From: Desulfovibrionaceae bacterium
GTDB taxonomy: Bacteria; Desulfobacterota; Desulfovibrionia; Desulfovibrionales; Desulfovibrionaceae
Assembly (NCBI GenBank): GCA_963674955.2
Contig: CAXXKR010000004.1
Span: 1,017,804 to 1,081,803, forward strand
Reading direction: 5' to 3'
Length of the DNA stretch: 64,000 bases
Shown here one piece after another: positions 35,140 through 43,369 of this stretch. Under the pieces are notes generated by a model. It was not told where the DNA came from. It worked only from the letters and a program-made list of their open reading frames with translations, and ran no database searches. The position numbers and the translations under genes are program-made. Position 1 is the stretch's first letter; every line of letters begins with the position of its first letter.

Positions 35140-36903
35140 TCAGGCCCCCCGCTCAATCTCCATCCTGACCAGGGCCTGGTTGTAGGCCGAGGTTACGGCC
35201 CTTTCGGTCAAGGTGCCCACAAGCTTCCTGGCCGCAGTGCTCTGGGTGACCGGCAGTTGGGACACGCCCTTGTTGGTCATCTTTTCCATGGCCGCCTGCA
35301 GGGTCTCGCCGGGAATCACCGTGACCAGCTGCGAACTGGCGATGTCCTTGGCTATTATCAGCTTCAAAAGCCCTTCCTCGTGAAGCAGGGAGCGGATATC
35401 CCTGAATGATATTATGCCGGTAAGCCAGCCCTTGTGGTTGACCACGTGCAGATAGGGCGCGTTTTCGTTCTTGAAGGTCTCGATGATTCCTTCCAGGGGC
35501 ATGCTTTCCGGTATGCTCAGGACATCCCTGTCCATGACATCGCCCACCTTTATGCCCTGCAAGACGGTCATCTCCCGGCCCGCCTCGATGTCTATGCCCC
35601 GGCGCAAAAGCTTGGTGGTGTATATGGACCCGCGCCTGAGGGTGGAGTTCAGGACCGAAGCGATGATGCAGGTGATCATCAGAGGCAGAATGATGGAGTA
35701 CTTGTTGGTCAGTTCGAAAATGATGAGTATGGCCGTGATGGGCGCATAGGTTGTTCCGGCCACCACGCCGCCCATGGCCACCAGCGCGTAGGCGCCGGGC
35801 GTGGCCGTGATTTCGGGAAACAGCCCGTGAACCACGCAGCCGAAGGCTCCGCCGGTCATGGCCCCGATGAACAGCGAAGGCGCGAAAATTCCGCCGGACC
35901 CTCCGCTGCCGAGCGTGATGGAGGTGGCCAGTATCTTGACCCAGATGAGGGTGAAAAGAACCAGCGCGCCCATCTGGTTGGTCAGGGAGAGGTTCATTGC
36001 CCCGTAGCCCACGCCGAAGATGAAGGGATACTTGATTATGACCAGGCCCAGAAGAGCGCCGCCCAGGGCGGGCTTGAGCCAGCCCGGAAACTTCAAGGCG
36101 TCGAAAACGTCCTCGAACTTGTAGAGCACCACGATAAAGGCCAGGGCCACCAGCCCGGAGGCAATGCCCAGCAATGGATAGAACCCGAACTCCCACAAGG
36201 AGACTATGCTGTAGTCCGGGATGTGAAAGGCCGGAAAATCGCCGAAGTAATAGCGGGAAATGGTGGTGGCCGTGACCGACGACAAAACCACGGGCGAAAA
36301 GGACATGAGCCCGAAATCGCCGATGATGATCTCAAGGGCGAAAAGCACTCCGGCGATGGGGGCGTTGAAGGTCGCTGCAATACCCGCAGCAGCCCCGCAG
36401 CCGACCATGGTCTTCATGTGGATGGACGGAATCTTGAAGAGCTGTCCCACGGATGAACCGATCGACGAGCCGATCTGAACCATCGGTCCCTCGCGGCCCA
36501 CGGAACCGCCCGAGCCGATGGTGATGGCCGAGGCGAATATCTTGGCCACGGCCACGCGCTTGCGGATGTGGCCGCCGCGCATGGCGATGGCCTCCATGAC
36601 CTCCGGGACTCCGTGCCCCTTGGCTTCCTTGGCGAAGAAATGGATAATCACTCCCGCCACGAGACCGCCTGCCGCAGGAAGAAGAATCTTTAGATATGAG
36701 GGTACGCTGTCGGTGAATTCCAGAAAGTCCGATCCGTTCTGGTAAAAAACCCATTGCATGGACTTGAGCACGAATCGAAAGAGGACAGCCCCGTAGCCGG
36801 CCAGAACGCCTATTATTATCGCCAGCAAGAGGTGCCTGACGTCTCGCCCGGCCTTGGGACGCCGGACTCTTTTCAATAGTTTTGCTAAGCTTCCTTCTGA
36901 CAT
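35140..36903 (-). CDS. ClC-family chloride channel/antiporter with C-terminal CBS pair
   Basis: It has the GSGGSVGREGP selectivity motif and GSGGSGGIFAPSLFIGA. Two CBS domains follow (VGDVMDRDVLSIPESMPLE..., IAKDIASSQLVTVIPGETLQAAMEKM). Confidence 0.85.
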   Translation of the reverse strand: MSEGSLAKLLKRVRRPKAGRDVRHLLLAIIIGVLAGYGAVLFRFVLKSMQWVFYQNGSDFLEFTDSVPSYLKILLPAAGGLVAGVIIHFFAKEAKGHGVPEVMEAIAMRGGHIRKRVAVAKIFASAITIGSGGSVGREGPMVQIGSSIGSSVGQLFKIPSIHMKTMVGCGAAAGIAATFNAPIAGVLFALEIIIGDFGLMSFSPVVLSSVTATTISRYYFGDFPAFHIPDYSIVSLWEFGFYPLLGIASGLVALAFIVVLYKFEDVFDALKFPGWLKPALGGALLGLVIIKYPFIFGVGYGAMNLSLTNQMGALVLFTLIWVKILATSITLGSGGSGGIFAPSLFIGAMTGGAFGCVVHGLFPEITATPGAYALVAMGGVVAGTTYAPITAILIIFELTNKYSIILPLMITCIIASVLNSTLRRGSIYTTKLLRRGIDIEAGREMTVLQGIKVGDVMDRDVLSIPESMPLEGIIETFKNENAPYLHVVNHKGWLTGIISFRDIRSLLHEEGLLKLIIAKDIASSQLVTVIPGETLQAAMEKMTNKGVSQLPVTQSTAARKLVGTLTERAVTSAYNQALVRMEIERGA

Positions 36904-37107
36904 TCGCCGAGACCGATTAAGTTACAGGATGAAGTCCAACTGCAGGCCAACGTCTCGATATTTCAGTTCTTACCGGCAATGTACGCAGTTACGCCAGGGA
37001 TTGCAACGCATCATTTCCAAAACCTTGAACCCCGGCGCAAAACCGGCTAAACACTGCCGGACGCCATACAGCGCAAAACGCAAGCATCTTTCAAACGGAG
37101 CCGACAA

Positions 37108-37632
37108 ATGGACAAGATGATCCTTGAGGAAATAAAGGCCGTACCTGAATTCGACATGTGGTACTACTGCGAGGTGGCGGGAGAAAGCCGCCTGGACCAC
37201 GATCTGCTCGAGGAATTGGAGCCCCGCTGGAACAAGTGGCAAAAGCACATGAAGGCCTACAGCCTGAAAAGCCCGAAGCCGGGCGGCGGCAGCTTTCTGC
37301 TGCTTTATCTGGAAAGCGAGATCGAAAGCGAAATCGAGGGCATCTGGCAGGATTCGCCCACCCTGGGCCTGGCCTTCCACCATCTGGCCATCACCATGGT
37401 CATGTCCGCAGCCCAGAGCCTGATTCCGGAACTTCTGGAAACACAGTGCGCCCCCCTGCCCAAGCCGGGCCAGGCGGTTCAGGAGGCCTTCAGGGAACTG
37501 GGACTTGAATGGAACATGGAAGGGACAATCAACCGCCAGTTTGCAGTCTTCACTCCCTATCCCTACGCCGGAGGCTGCGAAATCTGTTTTCTGTCCGACA
37601 CCTGCCCAAAGAGCAAGGTAAAGAAGCAATAG
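37108..37632 (+). CDS. Hypothetical protein (174 aa) with C-terminal Cys cluster
   Basis: An ORF with good coding appearance, and GGAG lies upstream. I recognise no family. The C-terminus is GGCEICFLSDTCPKSK. Confidence 0.45.
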   Translation: MDKMILEEIKAVPEFDMWYYCEVAGESRLDHDLLEELEPRWNKWQKHMKAYSLKSPKPGGGSFLLLYLESEIESEIEGIWQDSPTLGLAFHHLAITMVMSAAQSLIPELLETQCAPLPKPGQAVQEAFRELGLEWNMEGTINRQFAVFTPYPYAGGCEICFLSDTCPKSKVKKQ

Positions 37633-37644
37633 CGCGGCAAGTCC

Positions 37645-38112
37645 TTAAACGTAAACGAAATCCTTGAGCGGCTCCTTGTCCGTGAACAACTCGTCCAGCC
37701 TTGCCTTGTGACCGGGCAGGATTTTGATATCCGCGACCTCCAGGCCTGCGGGAAGGCCGGCATAGAACTTCAAGGCCCGGTCTATGAAGTCCGCGGCCAG
37801 GAAAGAAGCCTCCACCTCATGGGGCTGCCCGCCCCAATTGACCTCAAGTCGCAGGGTGTGTTCACGCTCAGGGGGACGGGTCACGAGGTTGCCGGTCTTG
37901 GTCAGGGCTTCCATGACCGTATCCGGAAGCATTCCGGACCAGCGGGCCAGGGCCTGGGTGAAGGCGGGCTGAAAGGCTATGTAATAATAGGGATCGACCT
38001 TGCAGGCCACGGCCTTGTCCGGCAGGTTGAGGATGTAGGGAGTCTGGGCAAAGACCTTTGCCAATCCCTTTTGCAGCCTGGAAACGATCTCCTGATAGTC
38101 TTTAAGCGGCAT
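37645..38112 (-). CDS. Hypothetical protein (155 aa), third gene of the ParB-like / radical SAM operon
   Basis: The start is at ATG 38112, after GGAGGA. It lies 50 nt downstream of the radical SAM gene on the same strand. I recognise no family. Confidence 0.5.
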   Translation of the reverse strand: MPLKDYQEIVSRLQKGLAKVFAQTPYILNLPDKAVACKVDPYYYIAFQPAFTQALARWSGMLPDTVMEALTKTGNLVTRPPEREHTLRLEVNWGGQPHEVEASFLAADFIDRALKFYAGLPAGLEVADIKILPGHKARLDELFTDKEPLKDFVYV

Positions 38113-38162
38113 GGCTATCCTCCTATAGACAAACAGAAAACACAAAACCCGTTTTTTATCAA

Positions 38163-39251
38163 CTACTCCCCGAAAGCCTGCGCCATGAGCCGCTTGTCCA
38201 GGCCTCCGAAATCAGGCGGGGCATAGCCGAAGACCTCGCGCCAGACCTCCCCCGATTCCATGCAGAAATAAAGCTGCCTGTCCAGGCCGTGGCCTCGAAG
38301 CCGGTCCACGAGAAAACGAAACTGCTCCACGCGCAAGGGCCGCAGCAGGCGCATCTTGCCGTCCAGACCGGGTATGAACTCATCATAGATGTAATTGGTG
38401 TCCGGAAAATTATCCTGAATTATGCCTTTCAGTTCCGGCATGTGGCGAAACGAGCCCAAACTCATGTAGGCGATGTCCTGGGGCCTGACGTAATCGAAGA
38501 TCATGTCCACTATCTCCGCGTAGCCCTTTTCCCAGCCGGGGTAGCGGATGATGGGGTCGAAATGCAGGCAGACCCTGAAGCCGTTTTCCGCGCATGTCCT
38601 TGCCGCCTCAAGCCTCTGCTTCAGGGTCGTGGTCCCGTGCTCCTCTTTCCTGTTGATGAGCGGGGTGTTCAGGGACCAGGCGGGCAACACCCGGCCCGGA
38701 TTCCTCACCGCGTCCATCCAGGACAGGTCGATGACCTTGGATTTCAATTCCAGGCAGACATTGGGGTAATCGTTCAGAAACTCAACCAGATCAAGGGCGT
38801 AGCCTGTCAAAGCCTCCAGGGCCAATGAATCGGTGAACTCGCCGGTGCCGACCCTGAACCGCCTGGACGGGTCAACACCGAAAGCCCGGCCCAACTCGTC
38901 GAACAACGGCTCCTGGTTGGCCCAGACCTTGAGCACCCGGTCCTGGAAATAGGCCTGCAGGATGCAATAGGAGCAGCGCATGGGACAGTTCTCGCCGATG
39001 TGGATGATGCGGTAGCCGCAACAATGGTATCTGCGCGTGCCCGGGCAGTTGCGCAGAAAACGCCCCCTGTACTCCTTGAGATACAGGGCCTGTCCGTCAC
39101 CCCTGGGCCTGACCGGACCGGAGTCGGGTTCTGTCTCAAACCAGGGCACTCCGGGCAGCCGCTCCCGCACGCGATTGGCAATGGATGAATCTATTACAGA
39201 AGGGTCGGCATGGACCTCGACTATCTCCCGAAGATGTTCGGGCAGGCTCAT
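38163..39251 (-). CDS. Spore-photoproduct-lyase-like radical SAM protein (COG1533-type)
   Basis: It has the radical SAM cluster motif CPMRCSYC followed by ILQAYF. The overall layout (GTGEFTDSLALE, FDPII) is typical of SplB-like enzymes. Confidence 0.75.
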   Translation of the reverse strand: MSLPEHLREIVEVHADPSVIDSSIANRVRERLPGVPWFETEPDSGPVRPRGDGQALYLKEYRGRFLRNCPGTRRYHCCGYRIIHIGENCPMRCSYCILQAYFQDRVLKVWANQEPLFDELGRAFGVDPSRRFRVGTGEFTDSLALEALTGYALDLVEFLNDYPNVCLELKSKVIDLSWMDAVRNPGRVLPAWSLNTPLINRKEEHGTTTLKQRLEAARTCAENGFRVCLHFDPIIRYPGWEKGYAEIVDMIFDYVRPQDIAYMSLGSFRHMPELKGIIQDNFPDTNYIYDEFIPGLDGKMRLLRPLRVEQFRFLVDRLRGHGLDRQLYFCMESGEVWREVFGYAPPDFGGLDKRLMAQAFGE

Positions 39252-40210
39252 CTGTCGTCACCGCCCACGGACCAAAGCCGCTCCCAGAGTTCGGAGCCTG
39301 AAATTTCACGCAAGGTTTGCACGGCCTTTTCCAGTTGCTCCTTGTTCCTGATCTGGATAGTCAGGTCAACGGCTCCGGCCTCGAAATTGATGCCGTGGGC
39401 CACTTTCCAGGGCGTACCGGCCACCAGCCTCGCGCCGTCATCTCCGAAACTTCTCTCCAGCTCGGCCAAAACGGGCAGGCGCAGCTTGCGGGCCAGGGCA
39501 GTGAGCGCGGCTATCCTGTCCTTGGGGGAAAGGTCTTGGTCAAGAATTCCGGCAAAGGCTTCGGTTTCCAGAAATTCCCGAACCCCGACGGAACGAGCCC
39601 TGGCCGTCTCGTAAGCCATTGTCAAAAAAATCAAGGCATTGGACCTGGACCATTTCAATTCACGAAAGAACGGCTCCACTGCCGCCAACCCTTGCGCATC
39701 GAAACACTCCAAAATCCGCACGGCGGCCAGGGGAATGCGTCCGGCCTCCAGATGAGCGTCAAAGGACAGGGGCAATTTCAGCCAGTTCAAGTATTGCCGC
39801 AACTCCCCGGACCCGGTTTTCAGCCCCAGCATAAGGACCAACTCGTCAACAGGGATTTTGCCGTCCGCGACCCTTGAGAAATACCTCAATGCGGCAACGC
39901 GCAAGCCCTCGTCCAGCGCCCGCGTCCCATTGTCCGCAAGGTACAGCAAACCCTTTTCAAAATCGCCAAGCTCCCCCTCCACGCAACGAACCAGAACCGG
40001 CAACCCCAATGCGGCAAGGGCCTTGACCCGCTTGTATCCGGCCAAAAGCACAGGCGACTCGCCCCCCTCCGCCAGAACGGGCTGGAGTTGTCCATGTTCG
40101 CCGATGGACCGGAGCAACTCGTCATCCGGCTCCCTTGCCCAAAAAAGACTCGGCGAGGACAATGACATGGATTCGGCGGACAGTTTCAGCAGATTGTCTG
40201 ACAGTCTCAA
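39248..40210 (-). CDS. ParB/Srx N-terminal-domain protein (320 aa)
   Basis: LLRSIGEHGQLQPVLAEGGESPVLLAGYKRVKALAALG resembles the ParB N-terminal fold. GYKRVKA stands in place of the GERRxRA box. The start appears to be TTG after GGAGAAAGG. The stop overlaps the radical SAM start (ATGA). Confidence 0.55.
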   Translation of the reverse strand: MRLSDNLLKLSAESMSLSSPSLFWAREPDDELLRSIGEHGQLQPVLAEGGESPVLLAGYKRVKALAALGLPVLVRCVEGELGDFEKGLLYLADNGTRALDEGLRVAALRYFSRVADGKIPVDELVLMLGLKTGSGELRQYLNWLKLPLSFDAHLEAGRIPLAAVRILECFDAQGLAAVEPFFRELKWSRSNALIFLTMAYETARARSVGVREFLETEAFAGILDQDLSPKDRIAALTALARKLRLPVLAELERSFGDDGARLVAGTPWKVAHGINFEAGAVDLTIQIRNKEQLEKAVQTLREISGSELWERLWSVGGDDR

Positions 40211-40305
40211 TATTCCTTTCTCCAGAAGCTTGGGACAATGCCGTTGTCAAAATATAAAGACATTTCATTCCGGCACGATGCGTCGTATCGGCAATCCAAG
40301 GGGGC

Positions 40306-40335
40306 TTGACATTATCGCGTTGCTCTTCCTATAGG
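40306..40335 (+). promoter_or_regulatory. Sigma-70-type promoter upstream of the EF-G paralogue
   Basis: TTGACA (40306-40311), an 18-nt spacer, then TATAGG (40330-40335). Confidence 0.4.
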
Positions 40336-40416
40336 TCTAAACCTTAGAAAAACCAAGCTGACCATGAAAAGGAAATCGGGGGGCAGCCCTCGATAGTAAA
40401 TAAAATCAATAGATAC

Positions 40417-42495
40417 ATGGAGTTGGCAATGTCGGAAGCACTAAAAAACCAAAGGACCTACGTCTTGGCCGGACATGGCGGCAGCGGGAAAACCTCTGTC
40501 GCCGAAATGCTTTTGCTCTCAGCCGGAGTGATCAATCGTCTGGGCAAGGTCGAGGATGGGACCACCTCCCTTGACTACGAACCCGAGGAAACCAAGCGCC
40601 GCGGCTCAACCCAGCCCGGTTTTGCCAACTACAAGTGGAAAAAGAACAGCCACTTTCTCATAGACACCCCCGGCGACTCCAACTTCAGCGGCGACCTTTC
40701 ATACAGTCTGACCGCCGCTGACGGAGTTGTATTCGTCATCGACGCCGTGGACGGCGTAAAACCCCTGAGCAGAAAAATCTGGGGCGAAATCCAGAAAGCG
40801 GGATTGCCCTCCCTGATCTTCATAAACAAGATGGACCGCGACCGCGCGGATTTCGATTCCGCCTTCGCCAGCATCTCCAACGTGCTGGGAGTGAAGCCCG
40901 CGCTTCTCTATTACCCCATCGGCAGCAAGGAAGACTTCAAGGGCGTGGTGGACATGCTGGCGGGCAAGGCTCTGATGCTCGACGACAAGGGCGGCATCAC
41001 GGAAGGCGACATTCCGGCCGACATCGCCGATGAAGTCGAAACCATGCGCGAGACCATGATCGAAAACATCGCGGAAAGCGACGAAGCGCTCATGGAAAAA
41101 TATTTCGAGGAAGGCGAACTGTCCGTGGAGGAGCTCCAGTCCGCATTGGGCAAGGGAATCCTTTCCGGCGAATTGGTGCCGGTCTGCGTTGGTTCGGCCC
41201 TCAACAACCAGGGCGGCTCCCTGCTTCTGGACACAGTCCAGGCTCTTCTGCCCTCCCCTCTGGCCCACGCCCCCTGGAAGGGCGAAGACGGCGCGGAGCG
41301 CAAAAGCGATCCGAACGAACCAGTGGCCTGCTTCGTGTTCAAGACCCTGGCCGACCCCTTTGCCGGACAGCTCACGGTCATGCGCGTACTCTCCGGAACG
41401 CTCAATCCGGACAGCACCCTGCTGAACACCAAAAAAGACGACAAGGAAAGAGTCGGCCAACTCCTGCTCATGCTGGGCAAGGAACAAAAACCCAGCAAGG
41501 AGCCGCTCGGTCCCGGTTCCATCGTCACCCTGGCCAAGCTGAAGAATACGGCCACCGGCGACACCCTTTGCGCTGAAAAAGCGCCTTTCACCTTTATCGC
41601 CCCGGAAACGGCCCCCAAACTGATCACATTCGCCCTGGCCCCGGCCGAAAAGGGCGACGAGGACAAGGTCTACTCCGCCGTGAGCAAACTGCTGGACGAG
41701 GACATCACCCTGAAGCTGTCCCGCGATGAGGAAACAGGCGACACCCTCTTGTCCGGCATGGGCCAGAACCACATCGAAGTTTCGGTGGACAAGGCCAAGC
41801 GCCGCTACAAGGCGGACATCCTGCTCAAGACGCCCAAGGTGCCCTACCGCGAAACCATCAAGGGCACGGCCAGGGAAATCCAGGGAAGGCACAAAAAACA
41901 GACCGGCGGACGCGGACAGTTCGGCGACTGCTGGATTCACCTGGAGCCCCAACCCAAGGGCGAGGGCTACGAATTCGTGGACCAGATCGTGGGCGGCTCC
42001 ATTCCCAGACAGTTCATTCCCGCAGTGGACAAGGGCATTCAGGAATCAATGGTCCGCGGCGTGCTGGCCGGATACCCCATGATCGACTTCAAGGTCACCC
42101 TTTACGACGGCTCCTACCATTCGGTGGACTCCTCTGAAATGGCCTTCAAGGTGGCCGGCTCCCTGGCCTTCAAGAAAGCCTGCGAAAAAGCCGGAATCGC
42201 CCTGCTTGAACCGATCATGACCATCAGCGTCAGCGTGCCCGACTCCTTCATGGGCGATGTGATAGGCGACCTGTCCAGCCGCAGGGGCAAGGTTCTGGGT
42301 TCCGACGCCCAGGGCGGAGTCACCGAGGTCAAGGCCCATGTGCCCATGTCCGAAATTCTTAGATACGCTCCGGACCTCAACTCCATGACCGGCGGACAGG
42401 GAACCTTCAGCATGGAGTTCTCCCACTACGAAGAGTGCCCGCCGCAGGTGGCCGAAAAGGTTGTCGCCGACAGCAAGAAAGACGCGGAAGAATAG
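40417..42495 (+). CDS. Elongation factor G paralogue (EF-G-like GTPase)
   Basis: It has the five-domain EF-G architecture (DTPGDSNF, NKMDR, domain IV/V motifs GGRGQFGDCWIHLEP, VLLEPIMTISVSVPDSFMGDVIGDLSSRRG). The P-loop is a divergent AGHGGSGKT. The start could instead be the second ATG at 40429. Confidence 0.85.
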   Translation: MELAMSEALKNQRTYVLAGHGGSGKTSVAEMLLLSAGVINRLGKVEDGTTSLDYEPEETKRRGSTQPGFANYKWKKNSHFLIDTPGDSNFSGDLSYSLTAADGVVFVIDAVDGVKPLSRKIWGEIQKAGLPSLIFINKMDRDRADFDSAFASISNVLGVKPALLYYPIGSKEDFKGVVDMLAGKALMLDDKGGITEGDIPADIADEVETMRETMIENIAESDEALMEKYFEEGELSVEELQSALGKGILSGELVPVCVGSALNNQGGSLLLDTVQALLPSPLAHAPWKGEDGAERKSDPNEPVACFVFKTLADPFAGQLTVMRVLSGTLNPDSTLLNTKKDDKERVGQLLLMLGKEQKPSKEPLGPGSIVTLAKLKNTATGDTLCAEKAPFTFIAPETAPKLITFALAPAEKGDEDKVYSAVSKLLDEDITLKLSRDEETGDTLLSGMGQNHIEVSVDKAKRRYKADILLKTPKVPYRETIKGTAREIQGRHKKQTGGRGQFGDCWIHLEPQPKGEGYEFVDQIVGGSIPRQFIPAVDKGIQESMVRGVLAGYPMIDFKVTLYDGSYHSVDSSEMAFKVAGSLAFKKACEKAGIALLEPIMTISVSVPDSFMGDVIGDLSSRRGKVLGSDAQGGVTEVKAHVPMSEILRYAPDLNSMTGGQGTFSMEFSHYEECPPQVAEKVVADSKKDAEE

Positions 42496-42520
42496 GCAAG
42501 AGGCAATCCAGCCATACCAG

Positions 42521-42552
42521 GGGCGGCGAGCTTTGGTTCGCCGCCCTTTTTG
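42521..42552 (+). terminator. Intrinsic terminator after the EF-G paralogue
   Basis: GGGCGGCGA-GCTTTGGT-TCGCCGCCC followed by TTTTTGCT. Confidence 0.8.
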
Positions 42553-42646
42553 CTGTGGACTGTAAAAGATACACTTATTCCCGATTCAACCTTGTTAGAG
42601 CGGGAAATTTGTTCTATCTTCGGTCATACTGAAACAAGGCATTGAA

Positions 42647-43369
42647 ATGTTTAGAGCTATATTATTCTACATCCTTATCTTACCTTTCACCGCATGGTAC
42701 AGCCTGCGCGCCCTTGCCAGCATCCTATTCAACAAGGGCAAAATTCACGAGAACTGGGCCGGAAGGGTCTGGGGCAAAAGAGTCGTCGCGCTCATGGGCC
42801 TGGATGTGGAGGCCGACCTTTCCAGCATCGAACCAAACGGCCACTACGTCTTCATGTCCAACCATCTGAGCAACTTCGACATCTGGATATTGTCCTCCCT
42901 GCTCTGGGACAACCGCCTGCGCTTCGTGGCCAAGAAAAGCCTTTTCGACATACCCCTTCTGGGCAGGGCAATGAAAAAAGCCGGCCACATATCAATCGAC
43001 AGGGAGAACCGCCGCTCGGCAATGAAAAGCGTGCAGGACGCCGTGGACTCGGCAAAAAGCGGCATATCGCCGCTCATCTTTCCCGAGGGAACCAGAAATT
43101 CGGCCCCTGACGAACTCATGAAATTCAGGGTGGGAGGCATGATACTGGCCCTGAAATGCGGATTGCCCGTGGTGCCGCTGATCATAACCGGGACGGACAA
43201 GGTCCTGCCCAAAAAAAAGATTCTTGTCCGGCGACGCCCTGTGCGGGTAAAGGCCCTCAAACCCATAGACATTTCAAAATACACCCTCAAGGACCGCGAC
43301 AAATTCAAGGACGACATGTGGACGATAATGAACAAGGCCTATCTGGAGATGCTCAATGAGCGAAGCTGA
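42647..43369 (+). CDS. plsC: 1-acyl-sn-glycerol-3-phosphate acyltransferase
   Basis: It has the acyltransferase motifs NHLSNFD (HxxxxD) and FPEGTR, plus an N-terminal membrane helix. Confidence 0.8.
   Translation: MFRAILFYILILPFTAWYSLRALASILFNKGKIHENWAGRVWGKRVVALMGLDVEADLSSIEPNGHYVFMSNHLSNFDIWILSSLLWDNRLRFVAKKSLFDIPLLGRAMKKAGHISIDRENRRSAMKSVQDAVDSAKSGISPLIFPEGTRNSAPDELMKFRVGGMILALKCGLPVVPLIITGTDKVLPKKKILVRRRPVRVKALKPIDISKYTLKDRDKFKDDMWTIMNKAYLEMLNERS

Noticed and set aside
36904-37107. A fluoride (crcB-motif) riboswitch upstream of the ClC gene.
   Set aside because: Only a short AATGATGCG word on the minus strand loosely resembles part of the motif. The pseudoknot-forming elements are not evident. 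This ClC also has CBS domains, unlike the typical riboswitch-controlled CLC-F proteins.
40270-40300. GCCGATAC on the minus strand as a sigma-28 -10 element upstream of the ParB-like gene.
   Set aside because: There is no TAAA at the required 15-nt spacing; the nearest is TAAT at 18 nt. It looks like a chance match.
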